Assembly: GCA_050010415.1 (NCBI GenBank) | Contig: JBEKLB010000018.1 | Coordinates: 4,581-68,580 of the forward strand | DNA from: Bryobacteraceae bacterium | Lineage (GTDB): Bacteria; Acidobacteriota; Terriglobia; Bryobacterales; Bryobacteraceae | Reading direction: 5' to 3' | DNA: 64,000 nt | Part shown: positions 16,174 through 27,935 of the stretch, piece by piece | Layout: each line of letters begins with the position of its first letter | Position numbering within the stretch: the first letter of the stretch is position 1 | Notes under the pieces: model-generated | What the model saw: only the letters and a program-made list of their open reading frames with translations | Databases searched by the model: none | What the model was told of the DNA's origin: nothing | Position numbers and translations under genes: made by a program

Positions 16174-16725
16174 CTATTCAGCCGGCTGCCGCGCCACCAG
16201 TTCCGCAACAGCCTGGCGATCGCCGGGCTCCCCGAGCTCGCCCTCCCTATTATGCAAGATTCGCCAGCCGTCAAACAATGCGCGCAGCTCGCCGGGATAA
16301 GCGCGCGTGGGGGTACCCGGCGGTGGATCAAGAAGCACGATCATGATGAGCAGGCCGCCGGATCGAAGGACGGATTTCATGACGGGAATCAGGCTGCGCT
16401 GGAAATAGTAAGACGAGAGTACAAGGTCAAAGGTCCCTGGCGCTATTTCCAACCCGGTGGCTTCCAGATCCACCAATCGGGCGTCGATGCGTGGGTGCGC
16501 CCTCGCTAATAACAGGTCGATGGCGACGGGCGAGGCATCGAGCGCAGTGACGCGCCAGCCGAGTTCAGCCAGGTAGAGAGCGTTGCGGCCGGGTCCACAG
16601 GCCAGATCGAGCGCGCAGCCGGGAGCCACGCTCCCCGCGAAATCGACCACCAACCGCGGTGGTGATTTTGCCCCTTGTTCACCCGCCTGGTACCGCTGGT
16701 TCCAGCGCTCGATGCGGCTGCTCAA
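16174..16725 (-). CDS. Class I SAM-dependent methyltransferase
   Basis: SAM motif I ALDLACGPGRNALYLAELGWRVTALD. The TTG 16725 start forms a TTGA overlap with the argD stop. The longer ORF start at 16851 would overlap argD by 130 nt. Confidence 0.8.
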   Translation of the reverse strand: MSSRIERWNQRYQAGEQGAKSPPRLVVDFAGSVAPGCALDLACGPGRNALYLAELGWRVTALDASPVAIDLLLARAHPRIDARLVDLEATGLEIAPGTFDLVLSSYYFQRSLIPVMKSVLRSGGLLIMIVLLDPPPGTPTRAYPGELRALFDGWRILHNREGELGEPGDRQAVAELVARQPAE

Positions 16726-17981
16726 ACCGCGGCGTCGCCACGCTTGGCGGCAAGCTTGAACACGCGCTTGAGGATCGAAACCGCGCGGTCGATCTCCTTC
16801 TCGGCGCATATATAGGGAGGCAGAAACCGCAGCACCGTGTCGTGCGTGCAATTCATCAGCAGGCCCTGCTCCATGGCGTCCAGCACCAGCTGCTTGCCGG
16901 GGAATGTCAGTTCCACGCCAATCATGAGGCCCTGGCCGCGCACTTCCTTGATGAAGTGAAACTGCTTCTGCAACTCTTCGAGCTTGGCCCGGAAATAGCT
17001 GCCCATTTTGTCGATGTGCGGCAAAAGCTCATCGAGAATGTCCATGAATTCCAGAGCAACGCGGCAGGCGAGCGGTCCACCGCCGAACGTGGAGCCATGC
17101 ATGCCTGAGCCGATGGACTCAGCCGCGCGATCGTTGGCAACGATGACGCCCATGGGGATGCCGCAGGCCAGTGGCTTGGCCGCCACCATGACGTCGGGAA
17201 GCACGACGGGGTCGGAAAGCTGATAGGCGAAGTGCTTGCCGGTGCGGCCCACTCCGCACTGGATCTCATCGAAGATCAGGAGCGCGTTATAGCGATCGGC
17301 CAGCTCGCGCGCCTTGCGGACGTATTCGATCGACATGGGGAAGATGCCGCCTTCGCCCTGGATCCATTCGAGGATAATGCCGGCGGTGCGTTCGCTGACA
17401 ATTTGTTCGAGTGCCACTTCGTCGTTGGGCGGAACGAAGTGCGCGCCGGGGAGCAGCGGCTCAAAATCGCGCCGATACTTTTCCTGACCGGTGATGGAAA
17501 GAGCGCCGAAGGTGCGTCCATGAAAGGAATTGTGCAGCGCGACAAGCTCGAATTTCTCAGGGCTGATTTTGCGGCCGTGAGCGCGCGCCATTTTGAGCGC
17601 GCCTTCCATGGACTCAGCGCCCGAGTTGCAGAAAAAGGTGCGGTGCAAACCGCTGGCTTTGGCGAGACGCTCGGCAAGCGGGCCCTGGTAAGCATGGAAA
17701 TAGAGATTTGAGGTGTGCCACAAGCGGCTGGCCTGCTCGCGGATCACTCTCACCAGCCGAGGGTGCGCGTGGCCCAGGGCGTTCACTCCGATACCGGTGA
17801 TGAAGTCCAGATAACGCTTGCCCGATGGGTCAAACACGTAGCAGCCTTTGCCGCGATCGAGCACCAGGGGATAGCGGGCGTAGGTCTGAAGCAGGTACTC
17901 GCTCTCGAGCGCCCGCACCTGGTCGAGAGCGTTGGTTTCGTCATGTTGGGGTGAAGCTGTCACCGGTAAAACAGTCGACAT
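16722..17981 (-). CDS. argD: Acetylornithine aminotransferase
   Basis: Class-III aminotransferase: FCNSGAESMEGALK, LIFDEIQCGVGRTGKHFAY and the PLP-Lys region VMVAAKPLACG. Confidence 0.92.
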   Translation of the reverse strand: MSTVLPVTASPQHDETNALDQVRALESEYLLQTYARYPLVLDRGKGCYVFDPSGKRYLDFITGIGVNALGHAHPRLVRVIREQASRLWHTSNLYFHAYQGPLAERLAKASGLHRTFFCNSGAESMEGALKMARAHGRKISPEKFELVALHNSFHGRTFGALSITGQEKYRRDFEPLLPGAHFVPPNDEVALEQIVSERTAGIILEWIQGEGGIFPMSIEYVRKARELADRYNALLIFDEIQCGVGRTGKHFAYQLSDPVVLPDVMVAAKPLACGIPMGVIVANDRAAESIGSGMHGSTFGGGPLACRVALEFMDILDELLPHIDKMGSYFRAKLEELQKQFHFIKEVRGQGLMIGVELTFPGKQLVLDAMEQGLLMNCTHDTVLRFLPPYICAEKEIDRAVSILKRVFKLAAKRGDAAV

Positions 17982-17987
17982 ACGCCT

Positions 17988-19859
<1,872 letters not shown>

Positions 19860-19973
19860 CGGGAACTTTCATGATAGTCACAGCCCGTTGAGAACTTTCT
19901 GGTGCGATTTTTCTACTATTTGTCCCAGCTCTGCGATCGGCGCGTAGCGGGGGCTTGGTAGAGTGCGGCCAGA

Positions 19974-21981
<2,008 letters not shown>

Positions 21982-22002
21982 TGATCGAGGTAGGATGTGG
22001 TC

Positions 22003-22140
22003 ATGAGAGTGACCGCTTCCAAACTGCGAGCCGACATCTACAACATCCTGGACGAGACGCTGAAGACCGGAATCCCTGTGGAAGTGGTCCGCAAGGGGCG
22101 CGTTCTGAAGATCGTTCCGAAACTAAGCCCGACAAGTTGA
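22003..22140 (+). CDS. Short Phd/YefM-like antitoxin-type ORF (45 aa), possibly truncated
   Basis: Own translation: MRVTASKLRADIYNILDETLKTGIPVEVVRKGRVLKIVPKLSPTS*. It fits the pattern (SxLRxxLYxxLDEVxxTGxPVxIxRKGxxLxIVP) of a small antitoxin family. It is below the ORF-track cut-off. Confidence 0.35.
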   Translation: MRVTASKLRADIYNILDETLKTGIPVEVVRKGRVLKIVPKLSPTS

Positions 22141-22253
22141 GCAAACGTGCGATCAATGTGCCGGCTCCCTTTCACCTCCTTGGTGGAACAAGCTTTGGAT
22201 CAGGCCTGGGTGCGCGATCCATTTGGTGACCGATTGGTCGGGCGGCTTACGAT

Positions 22254-25040
22254 TTATCGCTTCGATTCCTCTAGCAGGGTGGTGGTGTCCTCAATTGCTT
22301 TGCGATGTAGCGCGAGCACGCTCCGGTTTTGAATGCTGCGCCACGTGGCTGCGGCCTTTTGCGCCATCTCCCGGCCGTGGACGGCGTCATGGAACTTGGC
22401 TTCGACGGAAGCCAGGATGAAATACGCTCGCCCCATGTGACCGATGTTATTGTCATCCATGAATGGAGCTAGCGATAATTTTTGCGCCAGCGCAAAAGCA
22501 CGGCCTGCGAAGTCGAGCGCGGAAATGCGGTCGCCTTCGGAAGCAAAGAGCAGCGACAGAGCTTCCTGGTCCGCCATGGCTTGGGAAATCAACGTAACGT
22601 TGCCTGAGTTCGCGAATGGTTCGGATTCGGCGAGAGATCGCCGGTATTGCTCTTCGGCCTCGCGTGGACGCCCCAGGCTTTCCAAGCGGTAGCCGGCGTA
22701 TTCCTGTGCCAGTGCCAACTTCTCGACGATGTTGGCTGATTTCTGATTGGTCTTCATCACGCCTTCCAGCAGATCGATGGCCTCCCGCAGTTGAGCCAGG
22801 GACTCAGCGATGGCTCCAGGCGGCGGGTCGATGCTTGCCAGGCGGGTGAGGCTGGCCGCGACGTCTACACGTGCATTGACGTCCTCGGGGTCGGCGTCGG
22901 CCAGTTGCCGAGCCATGGCTAAGGACTTGGTGCAGGCGGCGCGTGCCTCCTGCGGGCGCCCCAGATTGGGGAAAAAGGGTACACCGAGAACTCCGGCGTA
23001 GTTTCCATAGGTGACCAGCAGGCCGCGTTGGAACGACACGTTGTGCGGATCGGCAATCACGAGCTGCTCGCGCAGCTGGATGGACCGGCTGTAAAGTTCC
23101 GCCGCGCGCTCCAGCTCGCCCATACGCATGTGCGTTCCCGCAGCCATCCCCAGCGCGACGCCCAGTTCCTGCTTCAGGCTGCTCTCATCTGGAAAACGCA
23201 CGATCAGGCCGCGCAGCAAAGCGATCTCGCTATTAGCATGCAGCAACGCCAGCGGCGGGTTTCCATAGTGCAGGACATCCGCCAGGCGCCAATGAAGAAG
23301 CGCTTCCTGTTTCGCCGACGCCAGGTCCGAGGGCCGCATGAGGCCCAGGCGGTGGGCGATCGGAAGCAGCGTGAGGAGCGCGCTGGCCGCTGCCTCCCGT
23401 TGGCCGGCCCGATCCACCAAATCGGCCAGGCTGCTCTCCACGGAAACCCAGCGCAGCATCAAGTCTGGATCGTCCCTCTTGGCCTGATACAAGGGCCCAA
23501 GCAGCGCCTCCGCCTTACGAAAACTGAGCGATGCGCCGTCGAAGTCCCCCAGGCTGGGTCCATAGGCATCTCCCTGCAGGGCCCCGATCTTGAAGTACGC
23601 CTGGCTGAGCACCAAGCGGATACGCTGGTCCTGCCCGTCTTCCTTTTCGAGACGCGATAGGTAGTCGAGCGTGGTCTGGACAATCTTGCGCCGGGCCCCG
23701 ACGGCTCCCGGAAGGGATTCAATGGCGCTGTGAACATCGAAGAGCGTGCGATTCGCCAGGTCCACCAGATCTGAGACGCGCTGCTCGGCTCGCGTGCGCT
23801 GGGCAGCTTCGGACTGGCGGGCCATTTCGGCGCGCCGGTACTGAGTTTCCGATGCGATGGTGGCGGTGACCAGGCTCGCAAATACGGCTGCGCCCGCGGC
23901 AAACCCCCAACGGTGACGCCGCAGCAATTTCCTCGCGCGGTAGGCGAATGATTCCTGCCGCGCCGCGACGGGCCGGCCATCCAGATAACGACGGATGTCT
24001 TCGGCAAAATGATCGACAGATGCATAGCGGCGGTCCGGTTCCTTCCGCATCGCCAGCAGCACGATGTTGTCCAGATCGGCGTCCACATTCCGCGCCCAGG
24101 CGCTGGGACGAATGACTGCGGTGTTGCAGACCGCGCGCTCCACTTCGGTGGCTGCGAAGCCCCCCATCTGATGCGGACGGCGCCCAGCCAGCAGCTCATA
24201 CAGCACGGCCCCCAGCGAGTAAATGTCGGTGGCCGTGGTCATCGGATATCCCAGCACCTGCTCGGGGCTCGCGTAGTGCGGGGTGAATCGCCGCTCGGTG
24301 AGCACGGTGGTGCTGCGGCCGTCCACGGTTCCGCCCAGCAGCTTGGCCACGCCGAAGTCGAGCAGTTTGGGCGTTCCATCGGCCGCAACCAGGATGTTGC
24401 CCGGTTTCAAGTCCCGGTGAATCACCAGATTTCGGTGCGCGTAAGAGACCGCCTCGCAGATTCGCAGAAACAGACGGCAGCGAGCATTGATGTCAAGCGC
24501 AGCCTGACGTGAAAATTCCGTGACGGTCTGGCCTTGGACGTACTCCATGACGAAAAACGGGCGTCCATCTTTGGTAGTTCCGCCGTCCAGAACGTGTGCG
24601 ATATAAGGATGATCGAGGTCCGCGAGAATCTGCCGCTCATAGCGGAAACGCGTGAGCACCGCGTCGGTGTCCATGCCGCGTTTGACCACCTTGATGGCTA
24701 CATGTTTCCGGTACTGGTCGTCGTCGCGGGCGGCCAGATAAACCGCGCCCATCCCGCCGCGGCCAATTTCGCGGAGCACGCGATAGGCTCCCAAGCGTTC
24801 TCCGGGAAACGGCGAATCGATCAGCAGAGCTGCTTCGCCTTCCACGGCCGCTGAAATACCGGCGCCGTTCTTGCGGTCGGATTTCAGCAGGGACTCTATT
24901 TCCTGGCGCAGCTCGGTGTCGCCCAAACAGGCGTGCTCCAGGAACTGCTCCTGCTCACGGGGCGGAAGATCCGCCGCGGAAAGAAACAATCCTTCCACGC
25001 GATCCCAAGCGTGGACTCTCATGGCATCTGGAACAAGCAT
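22254..25040 (-). CDS. Ser/Thr protein kinase with one TM segment and a long TPR-like C-terminal domain
   Basis: Hanks motifs GRGGMGAVYLA, VAIKVVK, HRDLKPGNILV and DFGVAKLL. TM segment WGFAAGAAVFASLVTATIA. The C-terminal ~520 aa are helical repeats. Alternative start ATG 25022. Confidence 0.9.
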   Translation of the reverse strand: MLVPDAMRVHAWDRVEGLFLSAADLPPREQEQFLEHACLGDTELRQEIESLLKSDRKNGAGISAAVEGEAALLIDSPFPGERLGAYRVLREIGRGGMGAVYLAARDDDQYRKHVAIKVVKRGMDTDAVLTRFRYERQILADLDHPYIAHVLDGGTTKDGRPFFVMEYVQGQTVTEFSRQAALDINARCRLFLRICEAVSYAHRNLVIHRDLKPGNILVAADGTPKLLDFGVAKLLGGTVDGRSTTVLTERRFTPHYASPEQVLGYPMTTATDIYSLGAVLYELLAGRRPHQMGGFAATEVERAVCNTAVIRPSAWARNVDADLDNIVLLAMRKEPDRRYASVDHFAEDIRRYLDGRPVAARQESFAYRARKLLRRHRWGFAAGAAVFASLVTATIASETQYRRAEMARQSEAAQRTRAEQRVSDLVDLANRTLFDVHSAIESLPGAVGARRKIVQTTLDYLSRLEKEDGQDQRIRLVLSQAYFKIGALQGDAYGPSLGDFDGASLSFRKAEALLGPLYQAKRDDPDLMLRWVSVESSLADLVDRAGQREAAASALLTLLPIAHRLGLMRPSDLASAKQEALLHWRLADVLHYGNPPLALLHANSEIALLRGLIVRFPDESSLKQELGVALGMAAGTHMRMGELERAAELYSRSIQLREQLVIADPHNVSFQRGLLVTYGNYAGVLGVPFFPNLGRPQEARAACTKSLAMARQLADADPEDVNARVDVAASLTRLASIDPPPGAIAESLAQLREAIDLLEGVMKTNQKSANIVEKLALAQEYAGYRLESLGRPREAEEQYRRSLAESEPFANSGNVTLISQAMADQEALSLLFASEGDRISALDFAGRAFALAQKLSLAPFMDDNNIGHMGRAYFILASVEAKFHDAVHGREMAQKAAATWRSIQNRSVLALHRKAIEDTTTLLEESKR

Positions 25041-25077
25041 TGATTATCCGAGATTCGAGAGGGGCTACACCTCTCAG

Positions 25078-25686
25078 TTAGTAATGCGAAATACTGCGCA
25101 CTTTTTTGAAAATTTTATTGACCGGAGTTTCGTTGTCCAGTTCGCGCTGTAACCAGGCCTGCGCCAGCCGAAGCTCGGCCCGGACTTTTTCGACGGGCAA
25201 ATCGAGCACCTCGGCCGATTCCTCAGCGGTGAGACCTCCGAAAAACCGCATCTCGACGAGCCTGGCTTTGCGCGCGTCTTTTCGCTCCAGAGCTTCGAGC
25301 GCATCGTCCACCGCGATCACACTTGCCGGACGCTCCGTTCTGGCATCAATGGCCTCATCAAGCGGATAATCCGGCTCGCCACCACCACGCTTCTCGGCAT
25401 TCCTGGCTCGCGCATGATCGATCAGCACCTGCCGCATCAACCGGGCGGTCACTCCCAGGAAATGGGCGCGGCTCCGAAAATCGGGCTGCTCCTGGCCGAT
25501 CAATCTGACGTAGGCCTCGTGAACCAGCGCGGTGGGCTGCAGCGTGTGGCCGGTCCGCTCCCGGCTCAAATGCCGGTCTGCAAGATTTCGCAGCTCTGCA
25601 TAGACCAGCGGCATCAGACGGTCGAGCGCGGTTTTGTCGCCCGCCGAAAAATCCCGCAGTATCAGTGTGACCGACTGTACCGCCAC
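25078..25686 (-). CDS. ECF sigma factor, Sigma70_ECF (TIGR02999-like) type
   Basis: LDRLMPLVYAELRNLADRHLSRERTGHTLQPTALVHEAYVRL is the signature N-terminus of this ECF family. The region-4 HTH is LTAEESAEVLDLPVEKVRAELRLA. Confidence 0.9.
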   Translation of the reverse strand: MAVQSVTLILRDFSAGDKTALDRLMPLVYAELRNLADRHLSRERTGHTLQPTALVHEAYVRLIGQEQPDFRSRAHFLGVTARLMRQVLIDHARARNAEKRGGGEPDYPLDEAIDARTERPASVIAVDDALEALERKDARKARLVEMRFFGGLTAEESAEVLDLPVEKVRAELRLAQAWLQRELDNETPVNKIFKKVRSISHY

Positions 25687-25745
25687 GACACCTTTGAACT
25701 TATTCTATGCTGTTGTGGCAGCGTGCGCGCAACCGTGAACCAACA

Positions 25746-26513
25746 TTACTCGGCGACGTCGGGAACCAGCTCCACGCGATCCATGGCGAGAAACGTTTGA
25801 ATGTGCGGGTGCGGGGATTTCTCCAGGTCCTTCACGGGACCAAAATAGATGGCTTCTCCTTTATAGAGCACGACAACCTGGTCCGCCACTTTGCGCATCA
25901 AGTCCAGATCGTGGGTAACCACGACGGCGGTGAGTTTCAGCTCGCGCTTCAACTTCAGCATCAAGTCAGAAAGCGTGTTCGACATGATGGGATCCACCAT
26001 GGTGGTGGGCTCGTCATAGAGGATGCATTCCGGCTGGGCTGCCAGGGCGCGCGCGATGGCGACGGCCCGCTTGTAGCCGGTGGAGAGGTCTGCCGGGTAG
26101 GCGTCCTTAAACTGCAGCATGTCCACCATGGTGAGCAGGCCGTCGACGACGTCCTCTTTGTTGTGCTCGTCATAGTCGTCGCGCAGTTCGAGCGAGAAAA
26201 GGATGTTCTCGGCTACCGTGAGCGAGTCAAACAAAGCGCCGCTCTGGAACACCATGGTTACTTTCTTGCGGATCTCACGGAGCTGCGCCTCGGTATAGTC
26301 GGTAATGTCCTGGTAGGCGACGAAGACCCGCCCCTGATCCGGCTTCAGGAAGCCCATGATGTGGCCGAGACTGACGGACTTTCCCACTCCGCTGCGGCCG
26401 ATGATGGCTACCGTCTCGCCTGCGTTCACGAAGAAATTGGAATCGACTAAAACAGGCCGGTCGAACGTCTTATAAACATGGCGAAACTCGATGTAGTGGA
26501 GCTTGTCTGTCAC
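25746..26513 (-). CDS. ABC transporter ATP-binding protein, MlaF-like
   Basis: Walker A GRSGVGKS, Walker B ILYDEPT, H-loop VTHD, and a deviant signature LSTGYKR. GTG 26513 forms a GTGA overlap with the mobA stop. Confidence 0.85.
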   Translation of the reverse strand: MTDKLHYIEFRHVYKTFDRPVLVDSNFFVNAGETVAIIGRSGVGKSVSLGHIMGFLKPDQGRVFVAYQDITDYTEAQLREIRKKVTMVFQSGALFDSLTVAENILFSLELRDDYDEHNKEDVVDGLLTMVDMLQFKDAYPADLSTGYKRAVAIARALAAQPECILYDEPTTMVDPIMSNTLSDLMLKLKRELKLTAVVVTHDLDLMRKVADQVVVLYKGEAIYFGPVKDLEKSPHPHIQTFLAMDRVELVPDVAE

Positions 26514-27109
26514 GGAAGCTCCGCTGGGCTCGGCAGCTTCGCTTCGAATTCCGCCCATTCCGCGGGAGTGTTGAAGTTGGCGAGGGTGGCAATGTCCACC
26601 GGTACCCAGACTGCTCCGATTTCCTTCACGAAGTCTCTCATTCTAAGTTGTTTATCGCGAATCGACCGGGCTAGTGCCGGCAGGCAGCGGCGATGGTAGA
26701 CCGCGCACAAGGGTTCGGGCTGCCCGTACGGTCCGAGGGCTGCCACGCAGTTGCGCTCCGCGGTCTCAGCCCGGCGCAGCAGTTCGCGCAGCATGGGCGC
26801 CGTGATACAAGGCATGTCGCAAGCGACCAGAACATTCCAGTCCGTTTTCGTCATTTTCAGGGCGGTGTAGACGCCGCCAGCCGGGCCGCAACCGGGCAGT
26901 TCGTCGGGAATCACCTGGAGGCCGAGGTGCCCCAGCCGCTCCGGATCGCCGATCAGGATCACCGAATCGGGCGCCGCCGGGCTAACCGCCTCACTCACTA
27001 TTTTCGCGATGTACTCCACCAGCGTTGTTCCTCGATAGGGCAACAACGCCTTAGGCTGGCCCATGCGTCTGCTTGCGCCACCGGCCAGCACAAATCCGGA
27101 GGATTGCAT
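26510..27109 (-). CDS. mobA: Molybdenum cofactor guanylyltransferase
   Basis: GFVLAGGASRRMGQPKALLPY (the LAGGxSxRMG motif), and LVACDMP. Confidence 0.88.
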   Translation of the reverse strand: MQSSGFVLAGGASRRMGQPKALLPYRGTTLVEYIAKIVSEAVSPAAPDSVILIGDPERLGHLGLQVIPDELPGCGPAGGVYTALKMTKTDWNVLVACDMPCITAPMLRELLRRAETAERNCVAALGPYGQPEPLCAVYHRRCLPALARSIRDKQLRMRDFVKEIGAVWVPVDIATLANFNTPAEWAEFEAKLPSPAELP

Positions 27110-27202
27110 GAGAGAATAATAGCATTGGCGTTCCCCATGGCCCGGCGGAAAGAAAAACTTGCGGATGGAAGGAATCCGGTTATAATCGGGTAGAACAAAA
27201 GG

Positions 27203-27928
27203 ATGCGTTTTTGTTTGGAACTTGTTCTGGGAGCTGTGGTTTTAGGAAATTTGAATGCCGCCAGCCTGCCGACTTCGGAGGCGCCTCGTGCCACGGCAAC
27301 TCGCGCCGTGTGGGTGGTAAAAGTGGATACGCGCAGCGGCAAGCTGGTGCGAACGCTAATGGCGCCGAAGCCGGCCGCCGGCGCTGACACAGACAGCGAG
27401 GTCCGCGGTCTGGTTGCCGAGGCAGCGAGAAATTTCGACGTGAATCCGTTGTTGGTGGATTCAGTGATTCAAGTGGAGAGCAATTACAATCCGTTCGCCG
27501 TTTCACCCAAGGGAGCGCAGGGCCTGATGCAGTTGATGCCCGGGACCGCTCAGCGGTTCGGCGCGACCGATAGCTTCGATCCGAAGCAGAATATTGAAGC
27601 CGGCGTCCGTTATCTGAAGTTTCTGCAGGACACGTTTCAAGATGATCGGCTCGCGATCGCAGCCTACAATGCCGGTGAAAAGGCCGTGGCGAAGTACAAG
27701 GACGTGCCGCCATATCCGGAAACTGTAAGCTATGTTGCCAAAGTGGGCAAGAAATACGGGCAGGCGAAGCGAGCGGCCGTGAACAGCGGCCAGGCGAGCG
27801 ACGAGAGCAAGCACGAAGTGAAGAATGCAGAGGAGCCAACAGCATCCCCCGAGAGAGTCGAGGAGGCGCCGAGGCACATTCTTGCGTATGTGGATCCAGA
27901 GGGCAAGCTACACATCGCAACTCAATAG
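27203..27928 (+). CDS. Lytic transglycosylase (SLT domain), exported
   Basis: Signal peptide, then the catalytic region VIQVESNYNPFAVSPKGAQGLMQLMPGTA and AAYNAGEKAV. Confidence 0.88.
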   Translation: MRFCLELVLGAVVLGNLNAASLPTSEAPRATATRAVWVVKVDTRSGKLVRTLMAPKPAAGADTDSEVRGLVAEAARNFDVNPLLVDSVIQVESNYNPFAVSPKGAQGLMQLMPGTAQRFGATDSFDPKQNIEAGVRYLKFLQDTFQDDRLAIAAYNAGEKAVAKYKDVPPYPETVSYVAKVGKKYGQAKRAAVNSGQASDESKHEVKNAEEPTASPERVEEAPRHILAYVDPEGKLHIATQ

Positions 27929-27935
27929 AAAACCC

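Noticed and set aside
15883-16509. 208-aa (plus) and 127-aa (minus, 15948..16331) ORFs in the arg spacer
   Set aside because: Both are Arg/Pro/Gly-rich with no motifs. Both overlap the methyltransferase gene, and they overlap each other. I treat the region as non-coding with repeats.
22147-22332. 61-aa ORF considered as an intact VapC/PIN toxin
   Set aside because: It is far too short, has only the C-terminal motif block, and overlaps the kinase 3' end. I report it as a relic instead.
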